Assembly: GCA_964478975.1 (NCBI GenBank)
Contig: CAYZKQ010000001.1
Coordinates: 1-53,016 of the forward strand
Source: an uncultured Vicinamibacterales bacterium
GTDB taxonomy: Bacteria > Acidobacteriota > Vicinamibacteria > Vicinamibacterales > JAHECP01
Direction: 5' to 3'
Length of the DNA stretch: 53,016 nucleotides
Below, in pieces: positions 36,165 through 44,892 of the stretch. The stretch's first letter is position 1. Each line of letters starts with the position of its first letter. A program made the translations under genes and the position numbers. The notes beneath the pieces were generated by a model that had not been told where the DNA came from, ran no database searches, and saw only the letters and a list, made by a program, of their open reading frames with translations.

Positions 36165-37016
36165 ATGTCGCTCGCGGTCGTCGGGCTCATCGTCCTGGGC
36201 CTGGTCCCGCCGGCGTCGGGGTTGGATGTCGCACAGGCACCTGCCGGACAGGCGTTGTCCGGCGCGCGCTCGCGCCCGGCGCAGGCGCAGCCTGGCGCGG
36301 TGTCCGCGGCTCCGCAGACGCCGGCGGTCCCGCGGACCCAGTCCGCGCGCCCGGCGCCCCTGACCCTGACGATTCAGGTCACCGACGGGACGGGCGTGGT
36401 CCTGGGTGGCGTCCAGGTGCGCGCCAGCGGTCCGGTCGAGCGCGAGGGTCGCACGTCGGACGAGGGAGTGGTCGCGTTCACGAATCTCAAGGCCGGCACG
36501 TATCGGCTCCGGTTCGTCCGCGAAGGCTACGTCACCCTCGAACGCGAGGTCACGCTGCGCGCGGGACAACCGCTCCGCGTCGACGTGATGCTGTCGGACG
36601 CGCCGCCGCCCATCCCGCCCGCACCCCCGCCGCCGGCACCCCCGCCGGAGCCCCCGGCGCCGGCTCCGCCGCCGGTCGCCGAGCCGAAGACGGTCGGGAT
36701 TCCCTCGTTCATCGAGCTGAACTTCATCGGCGCCCGCGCCATGCGCAAGGACTCGGTGCTCGCGTGCGCGGGGACGGGGACGGCGGTGCTCGTCCAGCTC
36801 CGCGAAGCCCTCCCGGACGAGGTGCACGGCGCCACGGATGAGTGGCTCTACGTGGTGGCAGGCGAAGGCACGCTGCAGGTCGGCGGGCGCGAAGAGAAGC
36901 TCGCGGCGGGCACGTTCAGTCTCGTGCCGCGCACGGTCCCGCACACGATCGTGCCGAGGGGCCGCAACCCGCTCATCCTGATCGCGATCCAAACCGGCAC
37001 GCCGTGCCGGATGTGA
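36165..37016 (+). CDS. Secreted chimeric protein: carboxypeptidase-regulatory-like domain, Pro-rich linker, cupin domain
   Basis: Signal-like N-terminus and a CarboxypepD_reg-like block (LTIQVTDGTGVVLGGVQVRA...GTYRLRFVREGY). The linker is PPPIPPAPPPPAPPPEPPAPAPPPV. The cupin-like C-terminus is HGATDEWLYVVAGEGTLQVGG...VPRTVPH. Confidence 0.7.
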   Translation: MSLAVVGLIVLGLVPPASGLDVAQAPAGQALSGARSRPAQAQPGAVSAAPQTPAVPRTQSARPAPLTLTIQVTDGTGVVLGGVQVRASGPVEREGRTSDEGVVAFTNLKAGTYRLRFVREGYVTLEREVTLRAGQPLRVDVMLSDAPPPIPPAPPPPAPPPEPPAPAPPPVAEPKTVGIPSFIELNFIGARAMRKDSVLACAGTGTAVLVQLREALPDEVHGATDEWLYVVAGEGTLQVGGREEKLAAGTFSLVPRTVPHTIVPRGRNPLILIAIQTGTPCRM

Positions 37017-37084
37017 AGCGTGTCGTCCGCCGCCACCGCTCGGCCTGTCCGGAAGGCCGGCCGCGGTCCATTTTCATCGGGTCA

Positions 37085-37823
37085 TCAAGTCGGGCGGCGC
37101 CACCAGACGGCGGCGGAGGGGACCGTCACGGTCCGCCCCGGACCGTAGATCACGCGACCCGGCCGGGCGCCGGTGTGCTCGCCCCGCCGGATCACGACGC
37201 GCCCGTTGACCAGGACGTACTCGATCCCCCGCGGGTACTGGTGCGGCTTCGTCCCGCATGGCCTCTCGCGCCAGCGCCTTCATCCGTTCGAGCTCGGCGC
37301 GGGTCGGTTTGCGGAACACCTCGCCCATGACCATCCGGCGGAGCTGGCCGGCGGCGACATACGACATCAGGTTGACCGCGATGCCCCGGCGCTGGACGAG
37401 ATCGAAGTACTCGCGGAAGGTCGCCCACGTGTCCCGCACGCCGGCCCGCTCGAGCTCGGGCTCGACAAGGGGCGTCCGGGGCGCCGGGGAGCTGCCCTCG
37501 CCCACGACCTCGAGGGTGACGCCCTGTCGGACTTTGCTCTGGGCGTCTCCGTCGCGGAGCAGCGTCAGTTTCGAGTGCGCGTGCAGGTCGATGAAGCCGG
37601 GCGTGACGACCAGCCCGGTCGCGTCGATCGTCTCGACCGCGGGCCCGTCGAGGCGGCGGGCGACCGCCACGATGCGTCCATCCCGAACCCCGACATCCGC
37701 GGCGAACCACGGGTTGCCCGTCCCGTCGATCACGTGCCCGCCGCGGATGAGCCCGTCGTACCGGGCGGGCTGCGGCGCGGCGGCGCCCAACGCGAGGAGC
37801 ACCACGGGAACAAGCCTGCGCAT
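37085..37823 (-). pseudogene. N-acyl-D-amino-acid deacylase (D-aminoacylase) remnant with a large internal deletion and frameshift
   Basis: The N-terminal 190 aa or so are good (GFIDLHAHS, ...ELERMKALAREAM), then the frame turns to junk. A different frame from about 37250 down to the TGA at 37085-37087 encodes the family C-terminus KPHQYPRGIEYVLVNGRVVIRRGEHTGARPGRVIYGPGR. The central part of the TIM barrel is absent. Confidence 0.6.
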
Positions 37824-37909
37824 CGACGTCCCTCCAGAGCGCCCTCATCTTACTCAGGCGCCGACCCGGCCGGCGCGCCGGCACGCGGGCGGCTCCGGCA
37901 CGCCGCAGC

Positions 37910-37938
37910 TTGGCTGCGCGGCGCGATGCGTGTACGCT
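37910..37938 (+). promoter_or_regulatory. Possible sigma-70-type promoter for the DUF72 gene
   Basis: TTGGCT, 17-nt spacer, TACGCT. It lies about 50 nt upstream of GTG 37988. The -10 element is weak. Confidence 0.25.
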
Positions 37939-37987
37939 GCTACGGAGCCCCGCACGCCAGCGGCGGGCGGTCACCGAGGAGTCGCGC

Positions 37988-38701
37988 GTGGCCTACTGGA
38001 TCGGCACCTCCGGCTACAGCTACCCCGAATGGCGGGGCAGTTTCTACCCGGAGAAGCTCCCGGCCGCCAGGATGCTGCCCTTCTACGCCGAACGGTTCCG
38101 GACCGTCGAGATCAACAACACGTTCTACCGGCTGCCCACCGCCAAGACCGTGGGCGGCTGGGCGGCCCAGACGCCGCCCGGGTTTCGGTTCACGCTGAAG
38201 GCGCCGCGCCGCATCACCCACGACGCGCGGCTCGTGGGTGTGGATGATCTCGTGCGCGTGTTTCTCGACGTCGCCGGGACCCTCGGCGCCAAGCTCGGCG
38301 TGGTGCTCTTCCAACTACCGCCGTCGTTCCGCAAGGACCTCGGCGTCCTGCACGCATTTCTCGATCGGCTGCCGGCGGATCGGCGGGCCGCGATCGAGTT
38401 CCGCCACCCGTCCTGGCTCGCGGACGAGGTCTTCGCAGCCCTGAAAGCGCGCAACGTCGCCCTCTGCGTCGCCGACAGCGAGGCGCATCGCACGCCGGCC
38501 GTGGCCACCGCGGACTTCGGGTACTTCCGCCTGCGCGACGAGGGGTACGATCGCAAGGACCTGGATCGCTGGGCGGCCACGATCGCCGGCCTCGCGGTCA
38601 AGTGGCGCGAGACGTTCGTCTACTTCAAGCACGAGGAGCACGGCAAGGGACCGGCGTTCGCCGCGCAGCTCATGCGCGCGCTCGGGGTGCCGGCGCCGTG
38701 A
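37988..38701 (+). CDS. DUF72 family protein
   Basis: GAGGAG RBS before GTG 37988. Characteristic motifs GTSGYSYPEWRGSFYP, FYRLP, FQLPPSF, FRHPSW and YFRLRD. Confidence 0.88.
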   Translation: MAYWIGTSGYSYPEWRGSFYPEKLPAARMLPFYAERFRTVEINNTFYRLPTAKTVGGWAAQTPPGFRFTLKAPRRITHDARLVGVDDLVRVFLDVAGTLGAKLGVVLFQLPPSFRKDLGVLHAFLDRLPADRRAAIEFRHPSWLADEVFAALKARNVALCVADSEAHRTPAVATADFGYFRLRDEGYDRKDLDRWAATIAGLAVKWRETFVYFKHEEHGKGPAFAAQLMRALGVPAP

Positions 38702-39677
38702 CGCCGATCGCCCGCGTGACGAACTCGAGCACGTTCCCCTCGGCCCAGTAGCCGTCGTGGCCATCGCGGGGCGTCGTGACGAAGCCGCAATGGCCTCCGT
38801 GACGGGTGCGCATCAGCGTGATCCACGGGTTCGACTGCACGCGCGCATCGTCGAACATCCTAGCGGGAACCAGCGGGTCGTCTTCCGCCGTGACGATGAG
38901 CGTCGGCACGCGAATGCGGTCCACGACGCGGATCGCGCTGGCGCGTTCGTAGTAGTCGGCCGCGTCGCGGAACCCGTGGTGCGGCGCCGTGAAGATCTCG
39001 TCAAAGGTTCGGATCGACCGGACCTCGCCCAGCCGGTCGATCGGGAACCGCCCGGGGAACAGCCTCGCCTTCCGGCGCATCCGCCGCTTCAGGCTGCGCA
39101 CGAAGTGCCACTGGTAGACCCAGTTGCGCGGCTGCTCGAGCGCCTCGACGCATCGCGCCAGGTCGATGGTCGGGGAGACCGCGCAGACCGCGCGGAGCTC
39201 GGGCGGCGGCGCGCCGCCGTATTCCCCGGCCAGCTTCAGGGCGAGGTTGCCGCCCAGCGAGTACCCCACGACGGCGATGGCGCCGAGGCCGTCGACGGCG
39301 CGCAGCTCGTCCAGCACCGCTCTCGGGTCCGACGTGAGCCCCGAATGATACAGGCTGTCGCTCAGGTGTTCCGTCCCGCCGCAGTTGCGCTGGTTGAGCC
39401 GGACGACGTTGAAGCCGGCGGCGACGAACTTGTCCGCCAGGCCGCGCATGTAGTGGGCCTCGCTCGAGCCTTCCAGGCCGTGCAGCGCCAGCACGGTCGG
39501 GCGCGTCCAGGGGCGATCCTGCCAGTGGCACTGCGCCGAGACCCGTGACCCCGGGGCTACGTCGAACCAGCGCGGGACGGGCGGCGGCAGCCTGGGGAAC
39601 GCGCGCGGCTTCGCCCAGGCGTAGATCGTCATCCGGTGCGGGCCGGCCCACCGCGGCAGCGGGGTGTAGGGTTCCAT
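38670..39677 (-). CDS. Alpha/beta hydrolase (YheT/AB-hydrolase-4-like)
   Basis: HGLEGSS, nucleophile elbow GYSLGGN, and C-terminal HGGHCGF. Its 3' end overlaps the convergent DUF72 gene by 32 nt. Confidence 0.85.
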   Translation of the reverse strand: MEPYTPLPRWAGPHRMTIYAWAKPRAFPRLPPPVPRWFDVAPGSRVSAQCHWQDRPWTRPTVLALHGLEGSSEAHYMRGLADKFVAAGFNVVRLNQRNCGGTEHLSDSLYHSGLTSDPRAVLDELRAVDGLGAIAVVGYSLGGNLALKLAGEYGGAPPPELRAVCAVSPTIDLARCVEALEQPRNWVYQWHFVRSLKRRMRRKARLFPGRFPIDRLGEVRSIRTFDEIFTAPHHGFRDAADYYERASAIRVVDRIRVPTLIVTAEDDPLVPARMFDDARVQSNPWITLMRTRHGGHCGFVTTPRDGHDGYWAEGNVLEFVTRAIGVTAPAPRARA

Positions 39678-39799
39678 CTCGTCCGCATTCTACGACGCGG
39701 CGCCGGGGTCAGGCGCCGAAGGCTGTAGCCGCCCGATCGCTCCGCCGCGCCTGCGCTACAATCTCGGCGTCGCCCGAGCCTTTCAGGAGTCGCCGATCC

Positions 39800-41731
39800 A
39801 TGCCTCGACGTTCCCGCTCCATCGTCCTGCGGCTGTGCGTACTCGTCGCGGCGGTCTTTTTCTTCTGCGGTGCGCCCATCGCCCCGCGCGCCGTCCAGCC
39901 GGCCCCGGACGCGCTCGACATGGTCGTGACCAGGAACCTCATGGTGCCCATGCGCGACGGCGTGCGCCTGGCGACCGACGTCTACCGGCCCGCGAGGAAC
40001 GGCGTGCCCGTCGAGGGCCGGTTCCCGGTGATCCTCGAGCGCACGCCGTACAACAAGGACGGGGCGCAGAATTGGGCGCGCACGTTCGTCGCGCGCGGCT
40101 ATGTCGTGGTGGCGCAGGATGTCCGCGGCCGCTACCGGTCCGAGGGGCGCTGGCGGCCGCTGCGCGACGACGTGCAGGATGGCTACGACACGGCGAGATG
40201 GATCGGGGAGCAGGCGTGGTGCGACGGCGGGATCGGGACGGTGGGGACGTCGTATCCCGGCGGGACGCAGCACGCGCTGGCCATCTCGAACCCCCCGTAC
40301 TTGAAGGCCATGATCCCGGTGGACGCCATGTCGAACTTCGGCCGCTACGGCATCCGCCACAACGGGGCGTTCGAACTGCGGTGGTTCAACTGGGTCCTGA
40401 CGCTCGGCAACGCCATCGGGGGGCGCAACGGCGAGGCGGCCGCGGCCCGAGCGGCCTCGACGCCGGCGGCCGTGCCGGCACTGCTCCAGATGGGCGGCAT
40501 GGTGCGGGAGTACGTCCGGTCGCTCCCGCTCCGGCCGGGCCTCACCCCGCTCCAGTTCGCGCCGGACTACGAGGCCTGGCTCGTCGAGGCCATGCGGCAC
40601 GGCGATTACGACGAGTTCTGGAAAGATCACGGCTCGAGCGTGGTGGACCACCTCGGCGAATACAAAGACATCCCGGTCCTGCACGTCACGGGGTGGTACG
40701 ATTCGTGGGGCACGCAGGTGGCCAACCTGAATTACGTCGAGCTCCGGCGGACCAAGAAGAGCCTTCAGAAGCTCTTGATCGGGCCGTGGACCCACGGCGG
40801 CCAGACCCGGTCGAACGCGGGCGAAGCGGAGTTCGGCCCGGCGGCGGCGATCGCGTTCAACGAGCTGCGCCTGCGCTGGTTCGACCGCTGGCTCAAGGGG
40901 GTCGACAACGGGATCGACCGCGAGCCACCGGTCCGCCTGTTCGTGATGGGCGGCGGGGACGCGCACAAGACCCCCGAGGGCCGCCTCTTCGTCGGCGGCC
41001 GCTGGCGCGACGAGCAGGAGTGGCCGCTCGCGCGGGCGCAGGCCACGCCGTACTACCTGCACGCGGGCGGGGGCCTCTCGCCGCAGAAGCCGAACGGCCC
41101 GGCCGAGCCGACGCGCTTTCTGTTCGACCCGCGCCACCCGGTGCCGACGATCGGGGGCAACGTCTCCTCAGAGGGCGCCCTCATGTTCCGCGGCGCGGCC
41201 GATCAGCGGTGCCGCCCGGATTTCTGGCTGTGCGAGGACAGCAAGCCGCTCTCGACGCGGAACGACGTGCTCGTGTTCCAGACGCCGCCCCTCGACCGCG
41301 ACCTCGAGGTGACCGGACGGCTCGTCGTCAGGCTGTGGGCGAGCTCGAGCGCGCCGGACACCGACTTCACGGCGAAGCTCGTCGACGTCTATCCGCCCAA
41401 CGCCGATTTCCCCGCCGGCGTCGACCTCAACGTCGCCGACAGCATCGTCCGCGCGCGGTACCGGAACGGACCCGGCAAGGCGGAGCTCCTGACCCCCGGG
41501 CGCGTCTACGAGTTCACGATCGAGATGTACCCGACGTCGCTCGTGTTCCAGAAGGGGCACCGCATCCGGCTCGACATCTCGAGCAGCAATTTCCCGCGGT
41601 TCGACGTGAACTCGAACACGGGTGAGCCCCTCGGCGACCACCGCCGGTGGGCGATCGCCGAGAACGCGGTGTACCACGACGCCGCGCGCCCCTCGCACAT
41701 CGTGCTGCCGGTGGTGCCGGCGGGGCGGTAG
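39800..41731 (+). CDS. CocE/NonD-family hydrolase (X-Pro dipeptidyl-peptidase S15-like), secreted
   Basis: AGGAG RBS and a signal peptide. RDGVRLATDVYRP, ERTPYNK and GTSYPG motifs, plus a C-terminal jelly-roll domain (SSSNFPRFDVNSNTGEP). Confidence 0.9.
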   Translation: MPRRSRSIVLRLCVLVAAVFFFCGAPIAPRAVQPAPDALDMVVTRNLMVPMRDGVRLATDVYRPARNGVPVEGRFPVILERTPYNKDGAQNWARTFVARGYVVVAQDVRGRYRSEGRWRPLRDDVQDGYDTARWIGEQAWCDGGIGTVGTSYPGGTQHALAISNPPYLKAMIPVDAMSNFGRYGIRHNGAFELRWFNWVLTLGNAIGGRNGEAAAARAASTPAAVPALLQMGGMVREYVRSLPLRPGLTPLQFAPDYEAWLVEAMRHGDYDEFWKDHGSSVVDHLGEYKDIPVLHVTGWYDSWGTQVANLNYVELRRTKKSLQKLLIGPWTHGGQTRSNAGEAEFGPAAAIAFNELRLRWFDRWLKGVDNGIDREPPVRLFVMGGGDAHKTPEGRLFVGGRWRDEQEWPLARAQATPYYLHAGGGLSPQKPNGPAEPTRFLFDPRHPVPTIGGNVSSEGALMFRGAADQRCRPDFWLCEDSKPLSTRNDVLVFQTPPLDRDLEVTGRLVVRLWASSSAPDTDFTAKLVDVYPPNADFPAGVDLNVADSIVRARYRNGPGKAELLTPGRVYEFTIEMYPTSLVFQKGHRIRLDISSSNFPRFDVNSNTGEPLGDHRRWAIAENAVYHDAARPSHIVLPVVPAGR

Positions 41732-41749
41732 CCGGGCCGCCGCAGCGCG

Positions 41750-42265
41750 TCAGAAGCCTTCGTCGGCGGAGGGGCCGTAGATCGCCGGCACCGGCACGTC
41801 GCGCAGGCGCAGATAGACGCTGAGCTGGCCCCGGTGGTGGATCGAATGGTTCAGGATGAAGCTCCGGAGGGCGCCGAGGCGCGGCACCGTGAAGACCTCC
41901 TGGCCCCCGCGCTTGAGGGACCAGGGGGCGAGCCACTCGGCGTCGGTCTTCTGCGCGATCTTGGCGCGGCCGCTGGCCACGACGCCGTCGAAGCGCGCGA
42001 GCACGTCCGCGCGGGACGCCGGCTGCTTCGGCCCTGCGTCGCGCTCGCCGGCGGGGACGTCGGCCACGAGGTCGAACGACGGGGCGTCGAGAATCGCGCC
42101 GATCCAGTGGGGGATATCCGAGAGGTGCCAGGCGAGCTGGCCGAGCGTCATGGATTTCTCGTGGGGCGTCCAGGCCAACGCCGCGTCGGGTACGCGCTCG
42201 AGCAGCCGCCGCGTCACGCCCATCTCGTGGTCGAACTCCGGCAAGAGACCCTCGGTGATGCTCAC
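41750..42265 (-). CDS. DinB-family metal-dependent four-helix-bundle protein
   Basis: AGGAGG RBS 5 nt before GTG 42265. LGQLAWHL and NHSIHHRGQLSVYLR motifs. Confidence 0.85.
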   Translation of the reverse strand: MSITEGLLPEFDHEMGVTRRLLERVPDAALAWTPHEKSMTLGQLAWHLSDIPHWIGAILDAPSFDLVADVPAGERDAGPKQPASRADVLARFDGVVASGRAKIAQKTDAEWLAPWSLKRGGQEVFTVPRLGALRSFILNHSIHHRGQLSVYLRLRDVPVPAIYGPSADEGF

Positions 42266-42428
42266 ACGTGCCTCCTGGTTCTGCAACTCCACATTCTAGC
42301 CCGATCCGACGCGTCGAGCCGCGATCTCCGCGTCGCCACACCCCGTGCCCCGCGAGCGAACGTCGCCGTGCGGTCGCGCCCGGCGCTCTGGTAGAATGCC
42401 GCCAATCCGGGTCGAGCGCGGAACGAGC

Positions 42429-43142
42429 ATGAGGCTCCCGCAGGCACGGGCGTGGAGACGCCGGCTGGGCCGCGGCGCGGCGGTCGCGGTGTTCGCGTAC
42501 GGGCTGGGCGGCGCGGTCTGGGCGGACACGTGCGTGAACGGCGTCCGCCAGACCACGGCGGGGGAACGCGCCTTCCACCTGGATACGCTCACTCGCCTCC
42601 GCGCCGCGATGCCGCCGCTGCCGCCCGGCTGGCGCGTCGTGGACGAAACGGAAATCCGCGCGCCGCTGCTCGCCTGCATCGGGCAGGAACGCCGTCCCCT
42701 GACGCTCGAATACGTCCTGCGCTTGATGCCCGCCGGGCCCGAGCCGGCCGGCGGCGCCGACGGCCGGGCCGAGTCCGGCACGGGCGCCCCGGCGCCCGCC
42801 GCGGTCCGCATCACGGTGCGCGTCAATGCGGCGGATCACGCCCTCGGCGACGCGCCGGAGCCGTTCGCGGTCCCCGCGGTCACGCTCGCTTTCCGCGGCG
42901 GGTGGACCGAGGAGAATCGGGCCCGCGTGCACTTGCTCGTCGGGGACTGGTGGTGGGACCCCGATGACCCGAGCGAGCCGGCGGGGCGCCCGCGCGCGCA
43001 CGCGTCGCTCGGCGCCGACGCGCCGCACACGCGCGTCCAGAGTCTCGCGGTCGAACTCGACGGCGCGCGGCCCGACGTTGACCTGATGCTCGCGCGCCTC
43101 GACCTGCCTCGGCTCGCGGCCATCGTGGCGCCGGGGCGGTGA
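42429..43142 (+). CDS. Secreted hypothetical protein
   Basis: ATG 42429 followed by a signal-like segment (GAAVAVFAYGLGGAVWA). The sequence is non-repetitive. No family was recognised. Confidence 0.5.
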   Translation: MRLPQARAWRRRLGRGAAVAVFAYGLGGAVWADTCVNGVRQTTAGERAFHLDTLTRLRAAMPPLPPGWRVVDETEIRAPLLACIGQERRPLTLEYVLRLMPAGPEPAGGADGRAESGTGAPAPAAVRITVRVNAADHALGDAPEPFAVPAVTLAFRGGWTEENRARVHLLVGDWWWDPDDPSEPAGRPRAHASLGADAPHTRVQSLAVELDGARPDVDLMLARLDLPRLAAIVAPGR

Positions 43143-43154
43143 GGGCGCTACCGC

Positions 43155-44120
43155 TCACGCCAGGACGCGCCGGGAGATCACGCTCCAGACGGCGTAGGCG
43201 AGGCGCCGCCGGTCGTGCCGCGCGATCTCGCCAGACCAGAACTCGCCCGTCACGACCTCGCACTCCGGCGGGATGTCGCCGAGGGGCAGCGGCGTCTTGT
43301 GTTCGGCGGCGTAGCGGGCGCGCACCGCGTCGGACGGGGCCGCCGTGTTCACGATCACGACGTCGATGGGCCGGCCGATCGCGTCGCGCATCCGGCGGAC
43401 GGCCTCGGCGGCCGTGAAGCCGGCCATCCCGCGTCCCTCGGTGAGCAGGTTCGCCACGAGAATGATCGGGCCGCGCACGGCGGCCATGGCCTCGCGCGCG
43501 CCGCGCACCTGGAAGATGGGCATCAGGCTCGTGTAGAAACTGCCGGGCCCGATGATGGCGACGTCGAACTCCGCGATCGCCCGGGCCGTGGCCGGGTGGA
43601 TCGTGACGGGCGGTTCCAACCACACGCGCGCGATCGTGCGGCCGGCGAACTGGCCGTCGTCCACCTCGACCTCGCCGCGGGTCTCCGAGCCGTCGCTGTA
43701 CTCGGCGCACAGGCTGGCCTGCTCGACGCTGACCGGCCACACCCGCCCCTCGCACCCGAGCAGCGTGCGGAGGCCGTCGACCGCGGCGAGAAAGTCCCCG
43801 CTGTAGCGCTCCATCATGGAGAGGAGCAGGTTGCCGCCGGTGTGGCCCGCCAGCCGAACGCTTTCCAGCATGGGCAGGCGGGACAGGAGCAGCTTGCGCG
43901 CCTCCCGCTCGTTCCGGGCCAGCGCGAGGGCACAGCGCAGCACATCGCCGGGAGGCAGCACGCCCAGCTCGTCGCGAAGCTGTCCGGACGAGCCGCCGCT
44001 GTCGAACATCGTCACGACGGCGTGCACCGACAGCCAGGGGTTGTTCTTGAGGCCGCCGAGCAGACTGGGCAAGCCCGTCCCGCCGCCGAAGCACCCGACC
44101 GTGATGGGGCGGAGCTGCAT
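43155..44120 (-). CDS. YvcK/CofD-family (UPF0052, gluconeogenesis-factor-like) protein
   Basis: N-terminal GGGTGLPSLLGGLK and SGGSSG motifs, and IIGPGSFYTSLMP. It is 321 aa. Confidence 0.85.
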   Translation of the reverse strand: MQLRPITVGCFGGGTGLPSLLGGLKNNPWLSVHAVVTMFDSGGSSGQLRDELGVLPPGDVLRCALALARNEREARKLLLSRLPMLESVRLAGHTGGNLLLSMMERYSGDFLAAVDGLRTLLGCEGRVWPVSVEQASLCAEYSDGSETRGEVEVDDGQFAGRTIARVWLEPPVTIHPATARAIAEFDVAIIGPGSFYTSLMPIFQVRGAREAMAAVRGPIILVANLLTEGRGMAGFTAAEAVRRMRDAIGRPIDVVIVNTAAPSDAVRARYAAEHKTPLPLGDIPPECEVVTGEFWSGEIARHDRRRLAYAVWSVISRRVLA

Positions 44121-44129
44121 GGCCTGACC

Positions 44130-44870
44130 CTAGCGCCGGCGCCGCCGTGCCGCGCGCAGCCGGGCGGCTTTCTTGCGCGCGGCCTCCTCGATGACGCGGG
44201 CGAGCAGGGCGCCGGTCTCCCCGCCCGTCACCGGTCGCTTCGCGGCCCAGATGGCCGGGTCGTCCTCCGCTAGGATGTCCGCGAAGTCGCCCGCGCTCGC
44301 CACGCTCAAGGGCGCGAACGCCGTGATGTCCAGGGGGCCCGCCCACGCGTCGCGGTGCTTGATCAGCAGCCAGCTCTCGCGGCCGGCGGGCGCGTCCGGC
44401 CGCGCGCCGGCTTCGCGGCGCGGGGCCGAGCGGGTGCGGACGAGCCCCCACGACCCTTTCAGCTTGTATCCATCGAGGGTGAACTTCAGTTCCCCGCGGG
44501 CCAGCGCCGCGTCCACATCGTCGACCTGCGGCGTCCACGTGCCCCGGTCCCACAGCATCACGATGCCCGCCCCGTAGCCTTCGGGAATGACGCCTTCGAA
44601 GGTGCCGTACTCGAGGGGGTGATCCTCGACCCGCACCGCGAGGCGCTTGTCGCGCGGATCGAGCGACGGTCCCCTGGGCACCGCCCACGAGACGAGCACC
44701 CCGCCATGCTCGAGTCGGAGATCGTAGTGCAGGTGGCGGGCGAGATGCTTGTGCACGCAGAAGAAGCGGGCCGCCGCGCGTCCCGCCCGCGCGGGGTGCC
44801 GCCGCTCGCTTCCGGGCGGCTCGGGCGACCTGCGGAAGTCGCGCTTTGCCCGGTACCGGTCGAGACTCAT
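44130..44870 (-). CDS. Stand-alone DNA ligase D 3'-phosphoesterase (PE) domain protein
   Basis: RDFRRSPEP, HLHYDLRLE, SWAVPRGPS and DHPLEYGTFEGVIPEGYGAG are hallmark LigD-PE motifs. No ligase, polymerase or Ku gene lies in the window. Confidence 0.85.
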   Translation of the reverse strand: MSLDRYRAKRDFRRSPEPPGSERRHPARAGRAAARFFCVHKHLARHLHYDLRLEHGGVLVSWAVPRGPSLDPRDKRLAVRVEDHPLEYGTFEGVIPEGYGAGIVMLWDRGTWTPQVDDVDAALARGELKFTLDGYKLKGSWGLVRTRSAPRREAGARPDAPAGRESWLLIKHRDAWAGPLDITAFAPLSVASAGDFADILAEDDPAIWAAKRPVTGGETGALLARVIEEAARKKAARLRAARRRRR

Positions 44871-44892
44871 GGCCCGCAGTCCGGCGCGCCGC

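Noticed and set aside
36595-36680. Repetitive CCGCC(G/C) DNA that could look like a tandem repeat
   Set aside because: It lies in frame inside a CDS and encodes a proline-rich linker (PPPIPPAPPPPAPPPEPPAPAPPPV). There is no regular repeat-spacer structure.
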